NCBI GenBank assembly: GCA_964630055.1
Contig: CAZVRA010000002.1
Location: 15,021 to 79,020, forward strand
DNA length: 64,000 nucleotides
Origin: an uncultured Candidatus Saccharibacteria bacterium
GTDB taxonomy: Bacteria; Patescibacteriota; Saccharimonadia; Saccharimonadales; CAZVRA01
Direction: 5' to 3'
Shown here: piece after piece, positions 37,876 to 47,941 of the stretch
How positions within the stretch are numbered: the first letter of the stretch is position 1
Layout: every line of letters begins with the position of its first letter
Made by a program: the position numbers and the translations under genes
Notes under the pieces: model-generated
What the model was told of the DNA's origin: nothing
Seen by the model: the letters and a program-made list of their open reading frames with translations, nothing else
Database searches by the model: none

Positions 37876-38588
37876 AGTTACATCGCTTTTTTGTAGGAAA
37901 CAGTGTCCAATTAGATAACAAATTGTGGTTGCACGATTCAAGGCTGCTACATCAATGGCTGCGTGTACTGCGTTTTAATGTTGGCCGCGAGGTCGTTTTG
38001 TTTAACGGCCAAGGCCTAGATAAGCTTTATCGTATCAATAAACTGACTGCCGATGAGGCTGGTTTAGAATCTATAACCCAGCTGACTCCCAAGACACCCA
38101 AGCGGGACGTTTATTTACTTTGGAGCCTGATTAAAAAAGATAAAAACGATTGGGTGTTGCAAAAGTGCACCGAGCTAGGAGTAAGCCATTTTTTGCCAAT
38201 TACTAGCGAACGCACCGAAAAAACTGGTTTTGATGTGGAGCGGGCTGAGCGCATCGTAATTGAAGCCGCCGAACAGTGTGGAAGGAGCGACATTCCGCAC
38301 GTCCGGGCGCCTCTACAGCTTCATACGGCCATCACCGAACTCAAACCCAAGCTGCAATTATTGGTTGCCGAGCAATCTAGCGACCAGGCCCAATCGCACC
38401 CTCAACAGCCTGAATTGACCACAGAAGACAAGCCTTCGGTAGGGGTATTTATTGGGCCCGAAGGGGGCTGGACAGAAGCCGAGCTAGAATTTTTTGATCA
38501 CGAGGGCTTAGAGCGACTAAATTTACACAATTTTACACTGCGAGCCGAAACGGCAGCCGTGGCAGCAGTCCATCTTCTGCTATACTAA
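37872..38588 (+). CDS. rsmE: 16S rRNA (uracil1498-N3)-methyltransferase RsmE
   Basis: MKLHRFFV start, a PUA-like N-domain and a SPOUT C-domain (IGPEGGWTEAELEF...LHNFTLRAETAA). Confidence 0.85.
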   Translation: MKLHRFFVGNSVQLDNKLWLHDSRLLHQWLRVLRFNVGREVVLFNGQGLDKLYRINKLTADEAGLESITQLTPKTPKRDVYLLWSLIKKDKNDWVLQKCTELGVSHFLPITSERTEKTGFDVERAERIVIEAAEQCGRSDIPHVRAPLQLHTAITELKPKLQLLVAEQSSDQAQSHPQQPELTTEDKPSVGVFIGPEGGWTEAELEFFDHEGLERLNLHNFTLRAETAAVAAVHLLLY

Positions 38589-38589
38589 A

Positions 38590-39396
38590 ATGATGAGTTA
38601 TATGAGGCAGCGGAGTCGGCCGTACATGCCCGGTCAGGCGGAGCCGTTTAAGGTTAGCCGCAGTAAAATCGAGCTTTTTATTCAGTGCCCGCGCTGTTTT
38701 TGGCTGGATGTACGCCATAAAATTACTCGCCCCAGTAGTCCGCCGTTTAACATCAACAAAACTATCGACGAATTATTTAAAAAAGAGTTCGATACTTACC
38801 GAGCGCAGGGCAAACCTCATCCATTAATGACTAAGTTCAAGGTCAAAGCTTTGCCGTATCAGCATCAAGATCTAGACACCTGGCGGCATAACTTTACAGG
38901 GGTGGTCCACGTACACGAACCAACAAATTTGCACGTATTTGGGGCTGTAGACGATGTTTGGGTTAACCCTAACGATGAACTAATTGTCGTCGACTACAAA
39001 GCGACTGCCAAGGCCAAGCCGGTTACGCAGTTAGGGCCGGTGGGTGGCTGGCAAGATATGTATCGCCGTCAGATGGAGGTCTACCAGTGGCTGCTGCGCG
39101 CCAATGGTTTTGCGGTTAGCGACACTGGCTATTTTGTTTATGCCACCGGCACGCAAGACCGGGCCGGCTTTAACGATGTGGTCGATTTTGAAACCCATGT
39201 TTTTCCGCATCATGGTAACAGCGATTGGGTAGAAAAAACCTTGCACGACATGAAGTCTTGCATGGAGTCTGATGTCATGCCACCAGTTGGCACAGCTGCC
39301 ATGGGCGGCGAGTGCGAGCACTGCGCCTATGCTCGGGCGCGGACCGAACTAACTCTTATCTCACTCCGCAAGAAGTCAAAAGTTGTAGTACAATAG
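38590..39396 (+). CDS. PD-(D/E)XK nuclease, Cas4/RecB-like with four Cys
   Basis: SRSKIELFIQCPRCFW N-terminus, GAVDD...IVVDYK (D...D/ExK), QMEVYQWL (QxxxY) and C-terminal CEHCAY. Confidence 0.65.
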   Translation: MMSYMRQRSRPYMPGQAEPFKVSRSKIELFIQCPRCFWLDVRHKITRPSSPPFNINKTIDELFKKEFDTYRAQGKPHPLMTKFKVKALPYQHQDLDTWRHNFTGVVHVHEPTNLHVFGAVDDVWVNPNDELIVVDYKATAKAKPVTQLGPVGGWQDMYRRQMEVYQWLLRANGFAVSDTGYFVYATGTQDRAGFNDVVDFETHVFPHHGNSDWVEKTLHDMKSCMESDVMPPVGTAAMGGECEHCAYARARTELTLISLRKKSKVVVQ

Positions 39397-39400
39397 AACC

Positions 39401-40645
39401 ATGATAGATATCCAGTTTGTACGAGACAATCCGGGGGTTGTCAAAACAAAAAGCGCCCAAAAAGGCTACAATATTGACGTCGATGGGTTTCTGCAACTAG
39501 ACGGTCAGCGGCGTCAGCTTTTGCAACAGGTCGAGGCGCTGCGCGGCCAGCGCAACGATATTTCGGCCCAAATGAAGGACGGGCAGCCTAATCCTGACTT
39601 AATCGAGCAGGGCAAGCGGCTCAAAACCAAGCTAACCACGCAAGAAGAGCGTTTACAAAAAGTTGATGAGCAGTTCGAGGCGGCCTTAAAAACAATTCCT
39701 AATATGACGGCCGATGACGTTCCGGTGGGCGATGAGTCAAAAAGCGTGCAAGTGGCGGCTTTTGGTAATCAAACAACTGGCGCCAAGGACCATCAGGAAC
39801 TGGCCACTAAACGTGGTTGGCTAGATTTTGAGCGCGGCGCAAAAGTAGCTGGTAGCAAATTTTATTTTCTAAAAGGTGATCTGGCTTTGCTCGAAAACGC
39901 CCTCACTCAATACGCATTAAATTTTATGCTGCAAAAAGGCTTTACCTACATGACTGTACCGCACATGGTCAATGCCCGTACTGCCACCGGCGCTGGTTTT
40001 GCGCCGCGCAGCAGCGACCAGTCCGACGAATACTTTATAGAAGGCGAGGACCTCAGCTTAATCGCCACTGCCGAGATGCCGCTAACCGGCTACCATGCAG
40101 ACGAAATTATTAACGAGTCCGACATGCCGCTGCTTTATGTCGGCTATAGCCCATGTTACCGCAAAGAAGCAGGCACATACGGCAAACACACACGCGGTCT
40201 GTTCCGGGTTCATCAGTTTAACAAACTAGAAATGTACGCTTTTACCGTGTCCGAGCAAAGCACTGCCATGCTAGAAAAAATTCGGGCCATAGAAGAGGAG
40301 CTTTGGCAGAGCCTACAAATACCGTATCAAGTTATAAATATTGCTTCGGGCGACCTAGGCGCACCGGCGGCCAAAAAATATGACCTAGAATATTGGTCAC
40401 CAGTAGATGGTTCTTACCGAGAATTAACTAGCTGCTCCAATTGCACCGATTTCCAGACGCGCAATCTTAACATACGTGTTCGCCGCCAAGACGGCAATAT
40501 CGAACTGGCCCATTCGCTTAATGGAACAGTTGTAGCCCTGGCGCGTTCTTTGGTGGCTTTGCTTGAGCATTATCAAAATGCCGATGGCACAATTCGTGTG
40601 CCCAAGGTACTGCAACCGTATATGCAAAATAAGGAGGTAATATGA
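39401..40645 (+). CDS. serS: Seryl-tRNA synthetase
   Basis: 414 aa. N-terminal coiled-coil arm and class II core (CYRKEAGTYGKHTRGLFRVHQFNKLE, TSCSNCTDFQ). Confidence 0.97.
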   Translation: MIDIQFVRDNPGVVKTKSAQKGYNIDVDGFLQLDGQRRQLLQQVEALRGQRNDISAQMKDGQPNPDLIEQGKRLKTKLTTQEERLQKVDEQFEAALKTIPNMTADDVPVGDESKSVQVAAFGNQTTGAKDHQELATKRGWLDFERGAKVAGSKFYFLKGDLALLENALTQYALNFMLQKGFTYMTVPHMVNARTATGAGFAPRSSDQSDEYFIEGEDLSLIATAEMPLTGYHADEIINESDMPLLYVGYSPCYRKEAGTYGKHTRGLFRVHQFNKLEMYAFTVSEQSTAMLEKIRAIEEELWQSLQIPYQVINIASGDLGAPAAKKYDLEYWSPVDGSYRELTSCSNCTDFQTRNLNIRVRRQDGNIELAHSLNGTVVALARSLVALLEHYQNADGTIRVPKVLQPYMQNKEVI

Positions 40646-41007
40646 TAAAAAAACTACAACTACAAGGTGTGCATTTTGACCTGGACGATGATTTGCGAAA
40701 ATACGTTAAACGTAAAATTGGCCGGCTGGATTTGTATATGCCGCTGCATGCCCGCAAGTCGGTTAGTGCCTTAGTAACTCTTAAGGAACACAAAACCAAG
40801 ACCAAAGACGAACGCATCTGCGAAGTAATCTTGTATTTGCCACACGAAACTATTAACACCAAAGAGGCCAACATTAATATGTACGCCGCCATTGATGTAG
40901 CCGAGGCGACGCTTAAGAATCGTCTCAAAAAGTACAAAGATACGCACAGCAGCCACGGCCTAAAACGCCGAGTGCTTGCAAAACTCAAGACATTTGCTGG
41001 CAATTGA
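40642..41007 (+). CDS. hpf: Ribosome hibernation factor HPF/RaiA (short form)
   Basis: 121 aa. DDLRKYVKRKIGRLD and NMYAAIDVAEATLKNRLKKYK are characteristic. ATGA overlap with serS. Confidence 0.8.
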   Translation: MIKKLQLQGVHFDLDDDLRKYVKRKIGRLDLYMPLHARKSVSALVTLKEHKTKTKDERICEVILYLPHETINTKEANINMYAAIDVAEATLKNRLKKYKDTHSSHGLKRRVLAKLKTFAGN

Positions 41008-41182
41008 GTTTTTGGTATGCAAAGGTGTCCAGAAGGGCGCTTAATAAGTGTTGGTAAAAATACGTCACTATTTAACCACTTTTGTAACTAAAATAAGGTA
41101 CAATAATGTCAGCAAATGTATGCAAGACTTAGAGTGTGGGCTGTCTTGCTAGAGCAAATAACAACTGGAGCATAATTGGTCT

Positions 41183-43804
41183 ATGAAAAAATCATTAAAA
41201 AGAGTTTTGGGAGACCCACAGGTCAAAACACTTAAGCGCCTAAAAAAACGAGTTCGCGATATCAACGCTTTGGCCGATAAATACGCCAAACTGAATGACA
41301 CTCAACTAAAAAAACAGACTGATGAATTAAAAAAACGGCTAACTAAGCGAACCTCATTAGATAAGGCACTCGATGCCATTTTGCCGGACGCTTTTGCTGT
41401 GGTCCGCGAAGCAGCTACCCGTACGCTTGGCCAGCGTCATTTCGATGTTCAGCTAATTGGTGGCATGGCGCTGCACGAAGGCATGGTGGCCGAAATGAAA
41501 ACTGGCGAAGGCAAAACTTTGGTGGCAACCTTGCCAGTGTACCTCAATAGCTTGTCTGGCATGGGCGTTCACGTAGTGACCGTCAACGATTATTTGGCCC
41601 AACGCGACGCTGGCTGGATGGGCCAGATATACACTTTTTTGGGCCTGTCGGTAGGGGTTATTATTGCCGACGAATCTTACATTTATGATGCCGATTTTAC
41701 CAATAAAAAACATAACGACCCGCGGCTGGTGCACCTAAAACCGTGCACCAGGCAAGAGGCCTACGCCGCCGACATCACCTACGGCACTAACAACGAATTT
41801 GGGTTTGATTATTTGCGCGACAACATGGTCCGAGAAGTTGACCAGCTCCGCCAGCGCGACTTAAATTTTGCTATCGTCGACGAGGTGGACTCGATTTTAA
41901 TCGACGAAGCTCGCACACCGCTGATTATTTCGGCGCCGGCCACTACTAGCGGTTCGGCTTACGGGCAATTTGCGCGTTTGGCGCGTCAGCTTAAACTCGA
42001 AGATTACGAAGTCGACGAAAAAAAGCGGGCTGTATCTTTAACCGAGGAAGGCGTTGACCATATAGAAAAGTTGCTTGGCATAGACAACCTGTACGGTAAC
42101 GACCACATCCGCGACATTTATCACCTGGACCAAGCCATTAAAGCGCAGTTACTTTTTAAGCGCGACAAAGATTACGTTGTTACTGCCGATGGCGAAGTGG
42201 TGATTGTCGACGAGTTTACCGGCCGTCTGCTAAAGGGCCGCCGCTACAACGAAGGGCTCCATCAGGCAATAGAAGCCAAAGAGGGCGTCGAGGTGCAGGA
42301 AGAGTCCATGACACTGGCGACAATTAGTTTTCAGAATTATTTCCGCTTGTACAACAAACTTTCGGGCATGACCGGTACCGCTTCTACCGAGGCCGAAGAA
42401 TTTCACCAAGTTTATAGTCTGGAGGTTCTAGAGATACCGTCTAACCGACCGCTGGCTCGCGTCGATAGGCCCGATAGAATTTACAAGACCGAGCAGGGCA
42501 AGTTCAAAGCTATCGCCAAGGAAGTCCGTCAGCTTCATATTAAGGGCCAGCCGGTTTTGATTGGTACTGTCTCGATAGAAAAAAATGAGCTGCTCAGCTC
42601 GATGTTAACTAAGCTGGGCGTGCCGCATCAGGTGTTAAACGCAAAAAATAACGAAAAAGAGGCTGCCATTGTTGCCAAAGCCGGTCAAGCTGGTGCTGTG
42701 ACTCTGGCCACCAACATAGCTGGGCGTGGTACCGACATTGTGCTAGACGAGGATGTCAAAAAGTTGGGCGGTTTGTTTGTGCTTGGTAGTGAGCGGCACG
42801 AATCCCGTCGCATAGACAACCAGCTGCGGGGCCGTTCTGGGCGGCAGGGCGACCCGGGTGTGACTCAGTTTTTTGTTAGCACCGAAGACGACCTAATGCG
42901 AATTTTTGGCGGCGAACGAATTGCCGCCGTCATGGACCGGATGCGAGTTGATGACGAAACGCCTATAGAAAACCGAATAATTAGCAAAAGTTTAGAATCG
43001 GCCCAAGAAAAAGTCGAGGGTCACAACTTTGATAGTCGAAAAAGTGTGGTCCAATACGATGATGTCATGAATCGTCATCGAAAAGCCACTTATTCTATGC
43101 GCCGTGACATCTTGACCCAGCCAGATATCAGTAAACGAATCAAAGCACTAATAAAAGAGCAGGCTGCGGTCTTAGCAGCTTCACCACTAGCCGCTACCGA
43201 TCAGTTCGAGGCCATGGTTAGCGACCTGTTTCCTTTTAGTGACCAAACCATGGACCAGCTGTTTGATACTTCGGTTGATAAATTCAAAACCAAATTGCAA
43301 GGTTCGGCACTAGATTTGTATCAGGAGCGCGAAAAAATGTTTGGTGCCGACGTAATGCGCAAAGTAGAGCGAGACATTTACTTGCAGCTGCTCGACAACC
43401 TATGGATGCAGCATCTCGAAAACATGGACCATTTGCGCGAAGGCATACATTGGTCTGGTGTTGGTCAGAGAGATCCACTGGTCGAATATCGCCGTCAGGG
43501 TCAGCATATGTTCGAAACCATGCAGGCGACACTGGGCCACAACTTGGTACAGGCATTATTTAGTGCTCAGCCGGTCGATGATTTGGAGCGACCCATCGAG
43601 ACCGAATTAACCCGTGCAGCTAGGCAGTCAGTCGATAACTCCGATAAAATTATTGAAGCCGAAGAATTCCACGAAGAAGATTTTATTGTTCCCGCCGGCT
43701 CCTCCGTACGGGCTGGCAGCAAAAAGCATACCGCTGTTTCGGACCGCAAAAAGGCTCGCAAGGCAGAGCGTCAGAGACGGAAGAAAGGGAAGCGAAAAAA
43801 CTGA
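41183..43804 (+). CDS. secA: Preprotein translocase ATPase SecA
   Basis: 873 aa. MKTGEGKTLVATLP, DEVDSILIDEARTPLIIS and TNIAGRGTDI motifs. Basic C-terminal tail without a zinc finger. Confidence 0.98.
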   Translation: MKKSLKRVLGDPQVKTLKRLKKRVRDINALADKYAKLNDTQLKKQTDELKKRLTKRTSLDKALDAILPDAFAVVREAATRTLGQRHFDVQLIGGMALHEGMVAEMKTGEGKTLVATLPVYLNSLSGMGVHVVTVNDYLAQRDAGWMGQIYTFLGLSVGVIIADESYIYDADFTNKKHNDPRLVHLKPCTRQEAYAADITYGTNNEFGFDYLRDNMVREVDQLRQRDLNFAIVDEVDSILIDEARTPLIISAPATTSGSAYGQFARLARQLKLEDYEVDEKKRAVSLTEEGVDHIEKLLGIDNLYGNDHIRDIYHLDQAIKAQLLFKRDKDYVVTADGEVVIVDEFTGRLLKGRRYNEGLHQAIEAKEGVEVQEESMTLATISFQNYFRLYNKLSGMTGTASTEAEEFHQVYSLEVLEIPSNRPLARVDRPDRIYKTEQGKFKAIAKEVRQLHIKGQPVLIGTVSIEKNELLSSMLTKLGVPHQVLNAKNNEKEAAIVAKAGQAGAVTLATNIAGRGTDIVLDEDVKKLGGLFVLGSERHESRRIDNQLRGRSGRQGDPGVTQFFVSTEDDLMRIFGGERIAAVMDRMRVDDETPIENRIISKSLESAQEKVEGHNFDSRKSVVQYDDVMNRHRKATYSMRRDILTQPDISKRIKALIKEQAAVLAASPLAATDQFEAMVSDLFPFSDQTMDQLFDTSVDKFKTKLQGSALDLYQEREKMFGADVMRKVERDIYLQLLDNLWMQHLENMDHLREGIHWSGVGQRDPLVEYRRQGQHMFETMQATLGHNLVQALFSAQPVDDLERPIETELTRAARQSVDNSDKIIEAEEFHEEDFIVPAGSSVRAGSKKHTAVSDRKKARKAERQRRKKGKRKN

Positions 43805-45087
43805 AACACACAGTTCACGAGGTTAATCTTGGTAATGGCGCCAAGGGGCTACTTATTCATGTGCCCGGGGCCAGTGTAATGTCGTTTGAGCTTAACTTTA
43901 GGGCTGGCGACTATTTGGCAACGCGCGACAAATGGGAGACACCGCATCTAATGGAGCACGTCCTGTTGGGCGCCAATCAGCTTTTACCAAAAGCTCGTGA
44001 TTTTCAGGCCGAATTCGAAAAAAATGGCGCATATTCCAACGCCTCTACAGGTCCATACGACGTTATCTATGAAGCAGAATGTGCCGATTTTGAATGGGAC
44101 AGAATCTTAGGATTATTACTGGTCGCAATTACTAAGCCATTGTTTTTGGACGAAGAATTTGCGGCCGAATTTGGCAACGTGCGCGAAGAACTGACGGCTC
44201 GGTCCAATAATCATTTTCGTTATTTAAGCTTATCGCTGCGCGAAAAATATGGCTTTAGCGTTTTGACCGATCAAGAGCGGTTAAAGCTTATGGACAATGT
44301 CACCGTCGACGATGTTAAGCAACATTATCAGGCCACACATACCAGTAGTAACTTGCGTTTTGTTATCGCTGGCAATTTGCCAATAACGCGACGCAAAACT
44401 ATCTCCAAAGTGCTAGAAAATATAGAGTTGCCGGCTGGAGACGGCCGCTATGAACTACCTAATGAGCGGCCTAGGTCTTTGGGTGCGCCACTTTACCTCA
44501 ATAACGAAACTGTCGAAAACCTATATTTTTATATCGATACTTTCGCTCAGCGTAGCCTAAGTGAGGCAGAGCACGATAGCCTTATGTTAATCAATTCTAT
44601 GTTAACCGAAACGCTATATTCCAAAATACTTGGAACGGCCAGAGAACAAGGATTACTGTATCATTTAAATTCTGGCATTGGGCAGTCTAAGCGTAGTACT
44701 AACTGGTGGTTTGGAACCCAGGTTATGCCTATGAACGCCGGAGCACTGTTTGGCATTATTGTTAACGAAATGTCTACAGTTTTTAAAGGCGACCTAGCTC
44801 CCAGCGACATAATAGCGGCTAAGCAATATGCTTTAGGTAAGCATCAGCAAAGTGGGCAAACCGTTAGCGGTACAGCCGCTGGTTATAGCAACCGCTATTT
44901 TTTTGACGAGCATATCGATGATTACTACAAAATCCCTCAACGCATAGATGCCATAACCAAAGAGGGTATTATTGATTCATCTAAAGCTATGTTTAGCGAT
45001 CGAACTTGGGGTCTTGGTGTGCTGGGTAACTGTGGCCAACCATTTACTTTGCAGCTTTTTGACCAAATTACGCCACTTTGGCAGTAG
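43801..45087 (+). CDS. M16 (pitrilysin-family) zinc peptidase; start codon uncertain
   Basis: HLMEH (HxxEH) zinc motif. The conserved M16 N-terminal strand (HEVNLGNGAKGLLIHVPGASV) is in frame upstream of the first canonical start (GTG 43861). The only start-like codon there is CTG 43801, which overlaps the secA TGA. Confidence 0.75.
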   Translation: MKHTVHEVNLGNGAKGLLIHVPGASVMSFELNFRAGDYLATRDKWETPHLMEHVLLGANQLLPKARDFQAEFEKNGAYSNASTGPYDVIYEAECADFEWDRILGLLLVAITKPLFLDEEFAAEFGNVREELTARSNNHFRYLSLSLREKYGFSVLTDQERLKLMDNVTVDDVKQHYQATHTSSNLRFVIAGNLPITRRKTISKVLENIELPAGDGRYELPNERPRSLGAPLYLNNETVENLYFYIDTFAQRSLSEAEHDSLMLINSMLTETLYSKILGTAREQGLLYHLNSGIGQSKRSTNWWFGTQVMPMNAGALFGIIVNEMSTVFKGDLAPSDIIAAKQYALGKHQQSGQTVSGTAAGYSNRYFFDEHIDDYYKIPQRIDAITKEGIIDSSKAMFSDRTWGLGVLGNCGQPFTLQLFDQITPLWQ

Positions 45088-45140
45088 CCCGGCTGCGTCA
45101 TCGCAACTGTTTAGCGTATACTAAATAAGCGAGTCAAACA

Positions 45141-46223
45141 ATGGAACAATTAAGCCAAAAATTCAAGAAAATCCAAGACGAAATCATCCAGGCTGCTAGC
45201 GTTATGAATTTAGATCAGCTAATGGCGGAGCGCGCCAAACTACAAAAACTTAGTCAGCAACCAGATTTTTGGCAAGACAACAAAGCGGCCCAAGAAGTGA
45301 TGCAGAAATTATCAACACTAGACAAGCGACTTGAACCCTGGGAGTCTATTAGGCGCGATACCGAAGACGCTATTTTGCTTAGCAGTGAAAATGACCCAGC
45401 ACTCCAGGAAGAGTTGCAGCAACAACTAACCACAATTGGCCAGCACTTAGACCGACTAAAACAGGATTTACGCTATAGCGGACCATATGACGACTATGAC
45501 GCCATTATAACTTTAACCGCTGGGGCTGGTGGAACCGACGCTCAAGATTGGACACAAATTTTGTTCAGAATGTATAGCCGTTGGGCCGAGTCAAACAACT
45601 ATAATTTAACAGAGTTAGAACACGCTGTTGGCGAAGAAGCCGGGCTCAAACGGGTCACCTTTGAGGTGTCTGGTAACTTGGCATACGGCAAACTCCGCGG
45701 TGAGCACGGCGTGCACCGGCTGGTGCGCCTTAGCCCCTTTAATAGCGACAATTTACGGCAGACTAGCTTTGCAAAAGTCGATGTCCTGCCCAAAATTATT
45801 AACGATCAAGAGCTAGCCATAGATCCCAAGGATATACGGGTTGATGTTTATCGAGCCGGCGGTCACGGCGGCCAGTCGGTTAATACTACCGATTCGGCTG
45901 TACGCGTAACTCATTTGCCGACAGGTATTACGGCGGCCATTCAAAACGAGCGTTCACAGTTACAAAATAAAGAGCTGGCATTAACTATTTTGCGATCACG
46001 TTTAGCTCAGTTGCAACAAGAACAGCATCAAGAAAAACTAGCCGAGATAAAAGGTCCTAACGAACAAGCAGCGTGGGGAAATCAGATCCGCAGCTACGTA
46101 CTACACCCCTATAAGCAGGTTAAAGATTTGAGGTCCAAGTACGAAACTTCTGATGCTGCTGGTGTGCTCGACGGTAACTTGCAGCCATTTATAGAGTCAT
46201 ACTTAGACCAAGCCAAAAACTAA
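45141..46223 (+). CDS. prfB: Peptide chain release factor 2 (single uninterrupted ORF)
   Basis: SPF tripeptide (VRLSPFNS) and GGQ ([23 protein letters not shown]). No internal in-frame TGA or frameshift site. Confidence 0.95.
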   Translation: MEQLSQKFKKIQDEIIQAASVMNLDQLMAERAKLQKLSQQPDFWQDNKAAQEVMQKLSTLDKRLEPWESIRRDTEDAILLSSENDPALQEELQQQLTTIGQHLDRLKQDLRYSGPYDDYDAIITLTAGAGGTDAQDWTQILFRMYSRWAESNNYNLTELEHAVGEEAGLKRVTFEVSGNLAYGKLRGEHGVHRLVRLSPFNSDNLRQTSFAKVDVLPKIINDQELAIDPKDIRVDVYRAGGHGGQSVNTTDSAVRVTHLPTGITAAIQNERSQLQNKELALTILRSRLAQLQQEQHQEKLAEIKGPNEQAAWGNQIRSYVLHPYKQVKDLRSKYETSDAAGVLDGNLQPFIESYLDQAKN

Positions 46224-46263
46224 CCAATTAGTCGGCCGGGCGGTTATGCTTTTGATCTAGTTT

Positions 46264-46272
46264 TGGTATAAT
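46264..46272 (+). promoter_or_regulatory. Extended -10 promoter element of ftsEX
   Basis: TGgTATAAT at 46264-46272, 8 nt before ATG 46281, with no Shine-Dalgarno sequence in between. Confidence 0.45.
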
Positions 46273-46280
46273 GTGTCTAT

Positions 46281-46964
46281 ATGATCTTGTTGGACAGGGT
46301 AACCAAAAGTTATAGTAGGGGCGCTGGCGCTGCTTTAGATCGCATTAATTTGCACGTTGATTCTAAGGAGTTCGTCATAATTGTTGGCGCCAGTGGCGCT
46401 GGAAAATCGACTTTACTCAAACTGCTGACACGCGAGGAAAAGCCTAGCTCGGGCAAAATAATAGTTGGTGGCATAGACTACGAAACTCTAAAAGACCGCG
46501 AGATACCGCTGCTACGCCGTAAAATCGGAGTAGTTTTTCAGGATTTTAAGCTGCTTCCCAATAAAAATGTTTTCGAAAATGTGGCTTTTGCTTTAGAAAT
46601 TGTTGGTTTGTCTAATCACGAAATTCGCCACACTGTGCCGCGGGTGTTAGATATTGTTGGTTTGCGCGGTAAAGAAAAGCGTATGCCACTGGAACTTTCT
46701 GGTGGTGAACGGCAGCGAGTAGCTATTGCTAGAGCAATTGTTCGCCAGCCGCGCATCTTGATTGCCGACGAGCCAACCGGCAATCTAGACCCCAAACATG
46801 CTTGGGACGTTATTAGAGTACTCGAAAAAATAAATCGTTTCGGAACGACTGTCATTTTAACCACTCACAACCAAGAAATAGTCAACAAACTGCGTCGCCG
46901 GGTCATTACCATTCAGGATGGCAAAGTTGTTAGCGATCGAGCAGGGGCGGTTTATAAATCATGA
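46281..46964 (+). CDS. ftsE: Cell division ABC ATPase FtsE
   Basis: Walker A GASGAGKST, LSGGERQR, ILIADEPTGNLD. Followed by ftsX with an ATGA overlap. Confidence 0.92.
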   Translation: MILLDRVTKSYSRGAGAALDRINLHVDSKEFVIIVGASGAGKSTLLKLLTREEKPSSGKIIVGGIDYETLKDREIPLLRRKIGVVFQDFKLLPNKNVFENVAFALEIVGLSNHEIRHTVPRVLDIVGLRGKEKRMPLELSGGERQRVAIARAIVRQPRILIADEPTGNLDPKHAWDVIRVLEKINRFGTTVILTTHNQEIVNKLRRRVITIQDGKVVSDRAGAVYKS

Positions 46965-47905
46965 AGCGCAAACTAATTACACTGCGCCGGATCATTAGAA
47001 CCGGACTGCTAAACTTTGTGCGTAATGCCTGGCTTGGCATTGCAGCGATTGCCGTTATGGTTATAACACTTACAATCGTGCTGTTTTTGGTTATCGCCAA
47101 CGCCACATTTAGTAGCACAATTAGCCAAATTACCGACCGCATTGGCGTGTCGATGTACCTAAAAGACAGCGTTACCATTAAGCAGCGCGAGCAGCTTATT
47201 AACCAAGTCAGGGCATTAGATACCGTTAAGTCGGTTCGTTATATTTCCAAAGACGAGGCGCTAGAAGCTTACAAAAAACAGAATGCCAAAAATACAGATT
47301 TGTTGACGGCTATTTCTCAGACCGACAACCCGCTGCCGGCAAGTTTAGATATAAAACCTAATAATCCCAATAAAATAGACAGTATTAGGCAATTTTTGGA
47401 ACAAAAAGACATAAAAGACTTGCAGTCCGATGAGCCTTCGTACTCAGGAGACCGCAAGGAAGCCATCGATAAAATTACTCGTGCCACCAACTTTTTCCGC
47501 GAGGCCGGACTGGCTGGTATTGTAGTTTTTGCCATAATCTCTATGTTAATTATTTTCAATACCATCCAGATGGCTATTTTTAACAGGCGCGATGAGCTAA
47601 CTATCATGCGCTTACTAGGCGCTAGTACTAATTTTATTCGGGGGCCGTTTATTGTAGAGAGCATCCTTTATGGTTTGCTGTCTGGCATTATATCTATAGT
47701 CCTGATTCATACGTTGTTTGTGGTGTCATCATCGGCGCTCGAGGCCAGCAGTTTGGGTATTTTAGACATCAATTATGCCAATCAATATTTTGCCAGACAC
47801 TATTGGCGACTCTTGGGTATTCAGCTAGCTATAGGCATATTAATTGGGGCGGTGTCGTCGTTTATTGCTACTCGTCGCTACTTAAAATTCAAAGCACCCC
47901 GCTAA
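46961..47905 (+). CDS. ftsX: Cell division permease-like protein FtsX
   Basis: TM1, extracellular domain (VKSVRYISKDEALE) and the C-terminal FtsX TM bundle (RRDELTIMRLLGAS). Confidence 0.9.
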   Translation: MKRKLITLRRIIRTGLLNFVRNAWLGIAAIAVMVITLTIVLFLVIANATFSSTISQITDRIGVSMYLKDSVTIKQREQLINQVRALDTVKSVRYISKDEALEAYKKQNAKNTDLLTAISQTDNPLPASLDIKPNNPNKIDSIRQFLEQKDIKDLQSDEPSYSGDRKEAIDKITRATNFFREAGLAGIVVFAIISMLIIFNTIQMAIFNRRDELTIMRLLGASTNFIRGPFIVESILYGLLSGIISIVLIHTLFVVSSSALEASSLGILDINYANQYFARHYWRLLGIQLAIGILIGAVSSFIATRRYLKFKAPR

Positions 47906-47941
47906 ACTTGCGTTGCCTACGGCAATGGTTTATTATAGTAG

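Noticed and set aside
40518-41003. 161-aa minus-strand ORF covering the serS end and the hpf region
   Set aside because: The + strand encodes a clear HPF/RaiA (NMYAAIDVAEATLKNRLKKYK) that is translationally coupled to serS. The antisense product has no motif and looks like a shadow ORF.
45141-46223. Searched prfB for the programmed +1 frameshift site (CTT TGA C near codon 25)
   Set aside because: The RF2 reading frame is continuous for 360 aa from its ATG with no internal TGA, so there is no autoregulatory frameshift. RF2 is present and TGA is used as a stop here (for example in secA). This argues against UGA recoding.
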